This document shows positions 29,573-38,451 of a DNA stretch of 64,000 nt, piece by piece. The translations under genes were made by a program, and so were the position numbers. Position 1 is the first letter of the stretch, and every line of letters starts with the position of its first letter. Where the stretch lies: assembly GCA_934120265.1 (NCBI GenBank), contig CAKOTU010000001.1, positions 5,395 through 69,394 on the forward strand, read 5' to 3'. Under the pieces are notes generated by a model. It worked only from the letters and a program-made list of their open reading frames with translations, searched no databases and was not told where the DNA came from. Source of the DNA: an uncultured Bacilli bacterium. Lineage in GTDB: Bacteria; Bacillota_I; Bacilli_A; RF39; UBA660.

Positions 29573-31156
29573 ATGAATTTAAAGAACACATGGAAAGCTG
29601 GTATTTATATAAGACTTTCCAAAGCTGATGAAAAAGAAGAAAACGATGAAAGTGAAAGTATAACTAATCAAAGAAATTTTATAATTTCATTTTTACAAGA
29701 AAACAATTATGAATTATATGATGAGTATATTGACGATGGACTTACTGGAACAAGTTTTGATAGACCTGCTTTTAATAGAATGATTGATGATATTGAAAAT
29801 AAAAGAATAAATATGGTTATTACAAAGGATGCTTCAAGGTTAGGAAGAAATAATGAAGATTTTATCGGTTATACTGAAAGGTATTTTCCTGAACATAATA
29901 TAAGATATATTTCTATACTTGATGGAATTGATACTTATTTAGATAATATTGGCAATGATATGATACAAATAAAAGGTATGATGAATGAATGGTATAGTAA
30001 AGATATCTCTAAAAAGATTAAAGCAAGTATAGAAACTAAAAAGAAACAGGGGTTGTTTCTTGGTGGTTATACCCCTTATGGTTATAAACATGATCTAAGG
30101 AATAAATATAAACTTATTATAGATAAAAATGTAGATGATAATGTTAAACTTATTTATGATATGTTTATTAAAGGTAATAGTTTAGGAAAAATAGCAAAAT
30201 ATCTTACTGAAAATAAAATACCAACACCAAGTGTTTATAAAAGTATGAATTTTAATAAAGATAGAAAGACAAGAAATATTTGGGATCCAAAAACTATTGA
30301 TAATATATTAAAAAATCCCACATATATTGGTAATTTAGTACAAAATAGAAGAAAAAAAATAAACTATAAATCAAAAAAGGTAGTTACTAATCCAAAGGAA
30401 AAATGGATTATAGTTGAAAATACACATGAAGCAATAATTGATTTAGAAACTTTTGAAATTGTACAAAATATTTATTCGAAAAATAAAAATAGGAATGAAA
30501 AATCCCACGATTATTTATTAAGAGGTTTTTTATTTTGCAAAGAATGTGGTCATACTTTAGGAATTCAACAAAGTAGCGATAAAAAAAGAAACTATATGAT
30601 ATGTAATCATTATAGAAAGTATGGAAAAAATAGTTTTTGTTCTCCACATAGTAATAGATATGAAGATGTTGAAGAATTGGTATTGAAAGAAATAAGAAAA
30701 ATGTGTAAGAAATGCGTTAATAAGAAAAAATTTGAAAGTATCTTAAAAAATAATACTAAAAAAAGCAAGATGTTAGAAGAGATAAATAATAAAATTGAAA
30801 AAGCAACTAATTTATTACTAAACAATAAAGAATCTATTAAAACAATATACAAGGACAGAGCAAAAGGACTTGTAGATTTAGAAACATATACAGAAGTTTA
30901 TAATGATTTAATAAACGAAACTAATGAAATTAAAATTTTAATTGATGAATTAGAAAAAAGTAAAAAAAATTTATTAAATAATAAATTATATGATAATTAT
31001 AATTATGAAGAAATTGTTGAAGAGTATTTATCAATGAAAAAGCCTAACAAATTACTTTTATCTAGTATTATTGATAGAATAATCATTGATGAAAATAAAA
31101 ATGTTGATATTTACTATAAAATCAAACCTATTTCTGATTATAAAATAGGAAAATAA
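29573..31156 (+). CDS. large serine recombinase (resolvase/invertase catalytic domain, recombinase domain, zinc ribbon and coiled-coil)
   Basis: AGIYIRLS catalytic-Ser N-terminus, DDGLTGTSFDRPAF, VITKDASRLGRN, the PYGY recombinase domain, the Cys cluster CKECGH...CNHY...C and a long Lys/Glu-rich coiled-coil. The architecture is SpoIVCA/SprA/TnpX-like. Confidence 0.9.
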   Translation: MNLKNTWKAGIYIRLSKADEKEENDESESITNQRNFIISFLQENNYELYDEYIDDGLTGTSFDRPAFNRMIDDIENKRINMVITKDASRLGRNNEDFIGYTERYFPEHNIRYISILDGIDTYLDNIGNDMIQIKGMMNEWYSKDISKKIKASIETKKKQGLFLGGYTPYGYKHDLRNKYKLIIDKNVDDNVKLIYDMFIKGNSLGKIAKYLTENKIPTPSVYKSMNFNKDRKTRNIWDPKTIDNILKNPTYIGNLVQNRRKKINYKSKKVVTNPKEKWIIVENTHEAIIDLETFEIVQNIYSKNKNRNEKSHDYLLRGFLFCKECGHTLGIQQSSDKKRNYMICNHYRKYGKNSFCSPHSNRYEDVEELVLKEIRKMCKKCVNKKKFESILKNNTKKSKMLEEINNKIEKATNLLLNNKESIKTIYKDRAKGLVDLETYTEVYNDLINETNEIKILIDELEKSKKNLLNNKLYDNYNYEEIVEEYLSMKKPNKLLLSSIIDRIIIDENKNVDIYYKIKPISDYKIGK

Positions 31157-31193
31157 AAAACTTAATTGGAAAATTAAGTAAAATTTATACATT

Positions 31194-31376
31194 GTGTTAT
31201 CACTTTGGAAGCAGGCACATTGCTGTCCAATTCATACACACACTATAAATAAACATATCTATACACATACATATACTCCACAATATTCTTGTTCTGAAGA
31301 AAATGTTGTTGTAAATAATGACTGTGGAAGTTGTAGTGGTCTTGCTAATCAAGGATTTAACAACACAAATATGTAA
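31194..31376 (+). CDS. CotD-family spore coat protein, 3' segment of the split gene (host-derived from 31221)
   Basis: ...H CCPIHTHTINKHIYTHTYTPQYSCSEENVVVNNDCGSCSG... continues the His/Thr/Pro-rich CotD-like core. The first 8 codons from the GTG at 31194 are element DNA, so this is not a genuine start. Confidence 0.75.
   Translation: MLSLWKQAHCCPIHTHTINKHIYTHTYTPQYSCSEENVVVNNDCGSCSGLANQGFNNTNM
31196..31220. repeat. attR: element-side arm plus CACAT core (31216-31220)
   Basis: GTTATCACTTTGGAAGCAGGC (31196-31216) is an inverted partner of 25431-25451. It contains the perfect 8-mer ATCACTTT, matched by AAAGTGAT at 25441-25448. Each 8-mer lies 10 nt from the shared ACAT. Confidence 0.65.
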
Positions 31377-31385
31377 TGTGAAAAA

Positions 31386-31411
31386 ACCAACGAAAAAATC
31401 GCTGGTTTTTT
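31386..31411 (+). terminator. rho-independent terminator after the coat gene 3' segment
   Basis: ACCAACG / CGCTGGT stem (one mismatch) followed by T6. Confidence 0.7.
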
Positions 31412-31480
31412 ATTATAGAAAAAATTATTGACATAATATACAAATTTATATATATTGTAGTTGAATAGAGATGATAATAT

Positions 31481-31873
31481 ATGGATGATGAAAAAATATT
31501 AAAAGATTTAGATGATCATTTAACATTATCTTTTTATACTGATATGACACAAGACAGACTGAATAAGTTAATTGATTATTGCAAAAATAATGATTTAAGA
31601 GAAAAGGCCTGGAGACTCGCTCTTACTTTTTCTAATTATAACTTTGATTATTTAAAATTAGCTAAATATTATATTGAAGTAAAAGACTCGTGGTATTTAC
31701 CAGAGCTATTACACGTAGTAGGTGAAGAAAAAATTAAAATATATGATGTGTATAGTGATGTTTTAAAAACAAATGATGAAAAATTTATCGCTGAAGTTCA
31801 AGAAGCATTTATGTGGTATTTCAGTGCTGAAGATAAAGATGAATTAAAAAAGGTAATAGATGGTTGTAAATAA
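31481..31873 (+). CDS. hypothetical protein (130 aa, acidic, helical)
   Basis: Clean ORF with a weak RBS. I recognise no family. Confidence 0.5.
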   Translation: MDDEKILKDLDDHLTLSFYTDMTQDRLNKLIDYCKNNDLREKAWRLALTFSNYNFDYLKLAKYYIEVKDSWYLPELLHVVGEEKIKIYDVYSDVLKTNDEKFIAEVQEAFMWYFSAEDKDELKKVIDGCK

Positions 31874-31949
31874 TTTAATTATACAAAAAAAGCACTATTT
31901 AGTGTTTTTATTTTTATATTAGAAAAGTTATAAAAAATGTAAAAAGTTA

Positions 31950-31979
31950 TTGACAAACATTTGTTTGCTTTGATACAAT
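31950..31979 (+). promoter_or_regulatory. sigma-A-type promoter with an AAAC-N4-GTTT palindrome in the spacer, upstream of the DinD-like gene
   Basis: TTGACA at 31950-55, an 18-nt spacer and TGATACAAT (extended -10) at 31971-79. AAACATTTGTTT occupies 31955-66. Confidence 0.5.
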
Positions 31980-32105
31980 TTAATTGCTTGAAAGATAATG
32001 TATATGGATAAAACTTATTGATAATAATTATTCTTTGAAAATTTTTTAGTATAAATTGAAGAAATATAATAAAAAACAGTCGATATAAGAACGAGGAGGT
32101 TACGA

Positions 32106-32957
32106 ATGAATCAGGATAAAATGCATTTAATTAATAAAATTATTAATAATGAAACAATAAGAACGGTGTGGGATAAAGAAGATGAAAAATATTATATTAG
32201 TGTTGTTGATATAGTGGGAGTAATATCAGAAAGCAAAGATAAACAGTCTTACTGGAGAAAACTAAAGCAGAGGTTAAAGGAAGAAGGAAATGAAACCGTG
32301 ACAAATTGTCACGCTTTGAAATTAAAAGCTCAGGATGGTAAATATAGGTTAACAGATGTTGTCGATATTGAAGGAATATTTAGAATAATTGAATCTATTC
32401 CTAGTAAAAATGCAGAACCAATAAAGATATGGTTAGCTAAATTAGGAAGTGAAAGAATTGATGAAGTATTTGATCCATCACTTGCAGCACAAAGAGCTAT
32501 AGATATATATCGTGCTAAAGGTTATGATGAAAAATGGATTGCAAAAAGAATTAAAGGTATTCAAGATAGAAAACAACTTACTGATGTATGGAAAGATGGT
32601 GGAATAACTGAATCAAAAGAATATGCAATCCTTACAAATGAAATTTATAAAGAATGGTCTGGCATGACTGCAAAAGAGTATAAATCATTTAAAGGACTTA
32701 GGAAAGAATCATTAAGAGACAATATGTCTGATATAGAAGTGGCACTTGCAGATTTAGGGGAAATAGCAACTAGAGAGATTGCTAAAAAGAAAAATCCAAA
32801 AGGTTTGAATGAAAATATTGAGGTGGCAAGGCGAGGTGGTAAAATTGCTGGTAATACAAGAAAAGATTTGGAAAACGAACTTGGTGAGAGTGTAGTTACT
32901 AGCGATAATATATTAAGCTATGAATATATCGACGAAAAAGAAATTGAAATGAAATAG
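32106..32957 (+). CDS. Bro-N domain protein, DinD (DNA-damage-inducible protein D)-like
   Basis: The N-terminal IRTVWDKEDEKYYISVVDIVGVIS...YWRKLKQRL resembles Bro-N/DinD family proteins. RBS GAGGAGG lies upstream. Confidence 0.7.
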   Translation: MNQDKMHLINKIINNETIRTVWDKEDEKYYISVVDIVGVISESKDKQSYWRKLKQRLKEEGNETVTNCHALKLKAQDGKYRLTDVVDIEGIFRIIESIPSKNAEPIKIWLAKLGSERIDEVFDPSLAAQRAIDIYRAKGYDEKWIAKRIKGIQDRKQLTDVWKDGGITESKEYAILTNEIYKEWSGMTAKEYKSFKGLRKESLRDNMSDIEVALADLGEIATREIAKKKNPKGLNENIEVARRGGKIAGNTRKDLENELGESVVTSDNILSYEYIDEKEIEMK

Positions 32958-33036
32958 ATGAGTATGCATCATTATAATAAGAATTTTAGGCACTAAAAAT
33001 TAATTATAAATAACAAAAAACACCGTTTAGGTGCTT

Positions 33037-33540
33037 TTATTTTGTATATTTTAAAATAGAAAAGATGTTATCAATAATAAATAATATAACTAAAGTATAA
33101 GTTAGCCATTTGGGAATTTTATTTACCAGCTTATCACTAATATCTTTGAAAAGATAAATAAATGCTAGAGCTAGAACACCCCAAACTAAAGATATTTCAA
33201 TAGCAACATATTTCCCCATAGCTAATTTAAATTTACTATAATTCCAAAAAGTAACATGAAATAAGTATTCAATTGTTATGCCACCAATCCATTCAATGAT
33301 GGTAAGAGCAAGTGATACCCAAAGAAAAATAATTATTGATTGAATAATTTTATTTTTCTTTATGTTTTTAAAAACAAAATTAGAAATAAGTATAATAAGA
33401 ATAATACCTATACCATAAACTGGAGTCCATGGTCCATATAGATAACCACTGTTTCCACCGTTATGAATTAAAAACAAAAATATTGTTTCAAATAAATATC
33501 CAATAATAGAATAAAGAAAGAAATAATTTAAATAGTACAT
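33037..33540 (-). CDS. small polytopic membrane protein (putative ABC-transporter type IV / DUF1113-like)
   Basis: FLYSIIGYLFETI...YLYGPWTPVYGIG pattern and 5 TM helices. Confidence 0.55.
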   Translation of the reverse strand: MYYLNYFFLYSIIGYLFETIFLFLIHNGGNSGYLYGPWTPVYGIGIILIILISNFVFKNIKKNKIIQSIIIFLWVSLALTIIEWIGGITIEYLFHVTFWNYSKFKLAMGKYVAIEISLVWGVLALAFIYLFKDISDKLVNKIPKWLTYTLVILFIIDNIFSILKYTK

Positions 33541-33582
33541 AGTATCACCTTTATTATGGTGGAAAATAAATTAAATTATATA

Positions 33583-34266
33583 CTAATTTAAATTAATATA
33601 TTTATCATAGTATTCTTCAAGTGTTAATTTTTCATCATGTATTGTTTTAGCAACATCTTTTCCCACGTAACGATAATGCCAAGGTTCATATTTAAATTCA
33701 GTAATTTTTTCTTTTCCTTTAGGATATCTTAAAATAAACCCATATTTGTATGCATTTTCTTTCATCCATACAAATTCTTTAGAATTTTCAAATTCATCAT
33801 AATCGCGATTAGATCCTTCTACATCAACAGCAAGCCCAGTTTGATGTTCGGAGTGTCCAGGACGAGCAGAACATTTATCTGCGTAATCTATGCCTTTTTC
33901 TTCTACGTACATATTGTAAAGTTTGTCTTGGTATTCATAATCACGATAAGTAGAAACTGCAACAACTCTATATCCTAAGTTTTTAGCGTCTTTACTTAAA
34001 GTTTCAAAAGCAATTTTTGCTTCCTCCCTTAAATATTTATTTTCATTAGCGAATTCATTAGATATGGGCTCTAATTTACTAGGAACATAATTTTCAGGAA
34101 GTTTATATTCTTTATTAACCAAAACTAAATATATATCAGGCTCAGTAATAGTTTTGATATTTTTATAATAGCTATTACCTAAAAGATCAATATCTTTGGT
34201 ATAGAAAATTAAGATAAGAACAGTTAAGACAGTATAAAAGCAAGCTTTAAATGTTTTAGTACTCAT
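33583..34266 (-). CDS. D-alanyl-D-alanine carboxypeptidase, VanY/M15B family
   Basis: Signal anchor, the SEHQTGLAVD zinc-site motif and EPWHYRYVG. Confidence 0.85.
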   Translation of the reverse strand: MSTKTFKACFYTVLTVLILIFYTKDIDLLGNSYYKNIKTITEPDIYLVLVNKEYKLPENYVPSKLEPISNEFANENKYLREEAKIAFETLSKDAKNLGYRVVAVSTYRDYEYQDKLYNMYVEEKGIDYADKCSARPGHSEHQTGLAVDVEGSNRDYDEFENSKEFVWMKENAYKYGFILRYPKGKEKITEFKYEPWHYRYVGKDVAKTIHDEKLTLEEYYDKYINLN

Positions 34267-34362
34267 TTTATCACCACTATATTATATGAACAAAATAATT
34301 AATTTGCCTCAATAAAATAAGACAAATTATTTGATGTATGATAAAATTAAAATGGTGATGAT

Positions 34363-35028
34363 ATGAACATAAATGATATTCTTAATAAAACTCGTAATGA
34401 GATAGTTTTAACCGAAGAAGAAGCAATGTATTTTTTAGATTACTATTGTACAAGGATAAAAAAAGCATATGGAATAGATAATTCTAATAAGTGTGATTAT
34501 AAAGTTTGTTTTGCAACAACCAAGGATGTTGGAATTGAAATGATTATGCGAGGTGGTTTAAATGGGGCTTTATTAAATATTAATAGAGAATTAGATATAC
34601 CTCTTACACATTATTCAAATGTTATTGTTTTTTACGTAGATGGAAAAATAGTCCCATATCTAATAGATTTAACATATAATCAATTTTTTAAAGATTACAA
34701 TGATGATGATAATTATGTTTTTCTTGATAACTTTGTTGTTAATGAAAAGCAAAGATATTTAGTTGATAAACTAAATAAAGATGGATATGTGGAATTAGAC
34801 GATGAATTGTTAAGAATATACATAAATATGTTTTTAGATTTTTATGATGTTAAAGAAGCAAAACGTGATAATGCTTACCGCAATGTTATTGAAAGAATTG
34901 AAAAAGAGGCATTAATAAACATATCATCAATTAGACATATAAGGGAAGAAATTTTATTATTAACAAAGTTGCGCGATGAGATTTTAGCTGTAGTAGAAGA
35001 AAAAACTAATGAAAGTAAAAAAATGTAA
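34363..35028 (+). CDS. hypothetical protein (221 aa)
   Basis: Clean ORF with RBS GGTGAT. I recognise no family. Confidence 0.5.
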   Translation: MNINDILNKTRNEIVLTEEEAMYFLDYYCTRIKKAYGIDNSNKCDYKVCFATTKDVGIEMIMRGGLNGALLNINRELDIPLTHYSNVIVFYVDGKIVPYLIDLTYNQFFKDYNDDDNYVFLDNFVVNEKQRYLVDKLNKDGYVELDDELLRIYINMFLDFYDVKEAKRDNAYRNVIERIEKEALINISSIRHIREEILLLTKLRDEILAVVEEKTNESKKM

Positions 35029-35132
35029 TAAGTTAATATTTATTACATTTTTTATTACTGAAATTTAATAATTGTCAAAAAGAAAAATGAATATTTGTTT
35101 GAGTAACTATTACGATTTTAAAAAATATACGT

Positions 35133-35161
35133 TTGACAGATATTTTAGGAGAAGATATAAT
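35133..35161 (+). promoter_or_regulatory. consensus sigma-A promoter for the fused ABC transporter gene
   Basis: TTGACA at 35133-38, a 17-nt spacer and TATAAT at 35156-61. Confidence 0.6.
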
Positions 35162-35217
35162 GCTTAGTGTGATTAAAGAGTGTTAAAAAAATAAACTTAT
35201 AATATGAAAGGAGTTTT

Positions 35218-37797
35218 ATGTTAAAATTAAAAAATATAACAAAAATATATACAACTGGTAATGAAAAACTAAAAGCTTTAGATGGCATTGATATTACGTT
35301 TAGAAAATCAGAGTTTGTTTCCATTTTGGGACCAAGTGGTTGTGGTAAAACAACTCTTCTAAACATTATTGGTGGCCTTGATAGATATACTTCAGGCGAT
35401 CTTATTATTAATGGTAAGTCAACCAAGTATTTCAAAGATCGAGACTGGGATAGTTATAGGAATTATTCAGTAGGTTTTGTTTTTCAAAATTATAACTTGA
35501 TAGGGCATCAAACTGTTTTATCTAATGTTGAGTTAGCTTTAACAATTTCTGGCGTATCGAAAAAAGAAAGAAGAAAAAGGGCTATTAAAGCTTTAGAAGA
35601 AGTAGGATTAAAAAATCATATAAATAAAAAACCAAATCAATTATCTGGTGGACAGATGCAAAGAGTTGCTATTGCAAGAGCTTTAGTTAATAATCCAGAT
35701 ATTATTTTAGCAGATGAACCCACAGGAGCACTTGATACAAAGACGAGCATTCAAGTTATGGAAATTTTAAAAAAGATTTCTAAAGATAAATTAGTTATTA
35801 TGGTTACACATAATCCTGATTTAGCTCAAAAATATTCAAGTCGTATTATTAAAATTTTGGACGGTAAAATAATTGATGATTCTGATGAAGTAAAAGAAAC
35901 TTCAAAAGAGGAAAAAGTAAATGATACTAAAAGAAGAACGTCTATGAAATTTTTTACTGCTTTACATTTGAGTTTAAATAATCTAATGACTAAAAAAGGT
36001 AGAACTATTTTAACTTCTTTCGCGGGATCAATTGGAATTATTGGTATTGCTTTAATTCTTGCCATATCAACTGGTGTTCAAAATTATATCAATAAAGTAG
36101 AAGAAGATACCTTATCTTCCTATCCTTTAACAATAGAGGAATCAACAATAGATATGAGTAGTATGATTGATACGATGATGGGTGAAAATAAAAGCTCTGA
36201 AAAAAGAGAAGAGGGAAAAATATATTCATCTGATATTATGGATGATTTGATGGCAAGTTTATCTAGTAAAATATCAACTAATAATTTAAAGGCTTTAAAA
36301 GAATATATTGAATCAGACACTAGTAAAATAAAAGAAAACAGTAATGCTATTAAATATAGTTATAATCTTGATATAAATTTATATAAAAGTGATACTGATA
36401 ATGGTATCGTAAAAGTTAATCCAAGTACTGTTTTAGAGACAATTGGAATGACTAATTCTTATAGTCAAATGATGTCTTCATCATCAATGATGGGTAATAA
36501 TAATGTATGTGAAGAATTAATTGACAACGATGAATTATTAAAATCACAATATGATTTATTAGCTGGTTTTTGGCCTACTAAATATAATGAGGTTGTTTTG
36601 ATTGTAGGGAAAAATAATGAAATTAGCGATTATACTTTATATTCACTTGGATTAAAAGATCAAAATGAATTGAAATCAAAAATGAAAGCTATTCAAAATG
36701 GTGAGAAAGTTGAATCTGGTGAAGAGACTGTTTATAGTTATGATGAATTATTAAATCTATCATATAAACTAGTATTAAATTCAGATTATTATGTAAAAAC
36801 TAATAATTTATGGATTGATAAGTCAGAAGATGATTTATATATGAAACAAATTATTAAAGACGCAGAAGAAATAAAAGTAGTGGGTATTATAAAGCAAAAT
36901 GATGATTCAGTTGCAACATCTAAAAGTGGGCAAATAGGATATACTAGTGATTTAATGAAGTATGTTATTGATAAAACAAATAATTCTGATGTTGTAAAAG
37001 AACAAAAAGAAAATAAAGGAGTAAATGTCTTTACAGGATTAGAATTTCCAAAAGATGAATTAAATAGTGATTTTGATTATAATTCTTTATCTGATGAAGA
37101 AAAAATAAAACTTAGTCAATTAAGCAGCGAAGAACTAGCTGAACTTATGGAAGCATACAAAAACAATAAAGATTCTAGTTATGAAAATAATTTAATAAAA
37201 TTGGGTTCTGTAGATATATTATCACCATCAAGCATTAGCATCTATCCTAAAGATTTTGATTCAAAAAATAATCTGATAGATATTATTGAAGAATATAACA
37301 AGAATGCAAGAAACAATAATAAAGAAGAAAATGTTATTAATTATACTGATGTTATTGGAACAATGATGAAATCAGTTAGTCAAATAATTAATACTATTAG
37401 CTATGTTTTAATTGCATTTGTAGCTATATCACTTATTGTTTCATCTATTATGATTGGAATTATTACTTATATCTCTGTATTAGAAAGAACAAAGGAAATC
37501 GGTATCTTAAGAGCGATAGGGGCATCTAAAAAAGATATATCTAGGGTATTTAATGCAGAAACATTAATAGTTGGTTTTATATCTGGTGTTATTGGTATAA
37601 TAATAACAATGCTTCTTACTTTACCAATTAACGGTTTGATACATATGATAACAGGTGTTAGTATCGTTACTAGGGTTCCATTTAGTGCTGCTATAATTTT
37701 AGTTATTATTAGTATGTTACTTACAATAGTAGCAGGATTAATTCCTTCTCGTATTGCATCAAAGAAAGATCCTGTAGTTGCACTTAGAACAGAGTAG
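35218..37797 (+). CDS. ABC transporter, fused ATP-binding and FtsX-type permease protein (MacB-like)
   Basis: Walker A GPSGCGKTT, LSGGQMQR and ILADEPT, then a large extracellular region and a C-terminal FtsX 4-TM bundle (ERTKEIGILRAIGASKKDI). Confidence 0.85.
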   Translation: MLKLKNITKIYTTGNEKLKALDGIDITFRKSEFVSILGPSGCGKTTLLNIIGGLDRYTSGDLIINGKSTKYFKDRDWDSYRNYSVGFVFQNYNLIGHQTVLSNVELALTISGVSKKERRKRAIKALEEVGLKNHINKKPNQLSGGQMQRVAIARALVNNPDIILADEPTGALDTKTSIQVMEILKKISKDKLVIMVTHNPDLAQKYSSRIIKILDGKIIDDSDEVKETSKEEKVNDTKRRTSMKFFTALHLSLNNLMTKKGRTILTSFAGSIGIIGIALILAISTGVQNYINKVEEDTLSSYPLTIEESTIDMSSMIDTMMGENKSSEKREEGKIYSSDIMDDLMASLSSKISTNNLKALKEYIESDTSKIKENSNAIKYSYNLDINLYKSDTDNGIVKVNPSTVLETIGMTNSYSQMMSSSSMMGNNNVCEELIDNDELLKSQYDLLAGFWPTKYNEVVLIVGKNNEISDYTLYSLGLKDQNELKSKMKAIQNGEKVESGEETVYSYDELLNLSYKLVLNSDYYVKTNNLWIDKSEDDLYMKQIIKDAEEIKVVGIIKQNDDSVATSKSGQIGYTSDLMKYVIDKTNNSDVVKEQKENKGVNVFTGLEFPKDELNSDFDYNSLSDEEKIKLSQLSSEELAELMEAYKNNKDSSYENNLIKLGSVDILSPSSISIYPKDFDSKNNLIDIIEEYNKNARNNNKEENVINYTDVIGTMMKSVSQIINTISYVLIAFVAISLIVSSIMIGIITYISVLERTKEIGILRAIGASKKDISRVFNAETLIVGFISGVIGIIITMLLTLPINGLIHMITGVSIVTRVPFSAAIILVIISMLLTIVAGLIPSRIASKKDPVVALRTE

Positions 37798-37809
37798 GTG
37801 GAAATGGAA

Positions 37810-37835
37810 AAAACGACTTGTAAAAGGTCGTTTTT
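37810..37835 (+). terminator. rho-independent terminator after the ABC gene
   Basis: AAAACGAC / GTCGTTTT 8-bp stem with a 9-nt loop, followed by a T-run. Confidence 0.7.
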
Positions 37836-37923
37836 ATGTTACTATGTCTTTAACAAGAAAACTTGCATAAAATAAAAAAGAACACTTAATTTTCGCATGT
37901 TGAGTGTTGCCTATTAATAGGGT

Positions 37924-37958
37924 ATCACCTAAATCATTGCTGAGTTAGGTGATTTTTT
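37924..37958 (+). terminator. second, orphan rho-independent terminator with no ORF upstream of it
   Basis: ATCACCTAA / TTAGGTGAT 9-bp stem with a 12-nt loop, followed by T6. It is preceded by hairpins AACACT...AGTGTT (37881-37908) and CCTATTAATAGG (37910-37921). Confidence 0.6.
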
Positions 37959-38012
37959 CTTTCTTAGATTTACATCTTTTATAATAAATGTTAAAATATA
38001 AGTGGTGATGAT

Positions 38013-38444
38013 ATGAAAAAGTATTTTAAATTAATTGGTATTCCATTTTTGATTGCGGTAGCGATTTTTCTGTTTATTAGATTTATTTGGTTACCAGAAT
38101 TCAAATTTAAAGATATGACGGTTGATGAATATGTAAACCTTTATAATTCTAATGGTGAAGGGGTTATTTATGTAACTAAAGAAGATGCTGTTATGAAAGA
38201 TGAATTTGAAGAAGTTATTGGTTCTAATTTTCATAATAAAAAAGTAGAAGTTTATAAACTAGATTTAACTAATGTATCCGGTGATGATGAACAAAAATTT
38301 ATTGATGCAAATGAATTTACAGATGATTCATTTGTTATACCAATGTTAATATATGTTAAAGATGGAAGCGTTAAGGATGCTATTTTAGGATATGCTCCTG
38401 ATTATAAAGTAGAAGAGTTTATTCAAAATAACAACATAGAATAG
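38013..38444 (+). CDS. hypothetical membrane-anchored protein (143 aa)
   Basis: N-terminal TM helix and RBS GGTGAT. It may have a thioredoxin-like fold, but no CxxC is present. Confidence 0.5.
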   Translation: MKKYFKLIGIPFLIAVAIFLFIRFIWLPEFKFKDMTVDEYVNLYNSNGEGVIYVTKEDAVMKDEFEEVIGSNFHNKKVEVYKLDLTNVSGDDEQKFIDANEFTDDSFVIPMLIYVKDGSVKDAILGYAPDYKVEEFIQNNNIE

Positions 38445-38451
38445 GTGAATT

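Larger units (their letters stand above)
25431..31220 (+). mobile_element. 5,790-bp serine-recombinase-bearing intervening element inserted in the CotD-family gene
   Basis: It is bounded by the CACAT direct repeat and its deletion restores a 103-aa ORF. The recombinase gene lies at its right end. No phage structural, replication or conjugation genes are present. Confidence 0.8.

Noticed and set aside
31194-31220. GTG start and first 8-9 codons (MLSLWKQAH) of the right-hand coat-gene ORF.
   Set aside because: These codons are element DNA (the attP arm) read through in frame. No RBS precedes them, and the biologically meaningful sequence starts at the CACAT junction.
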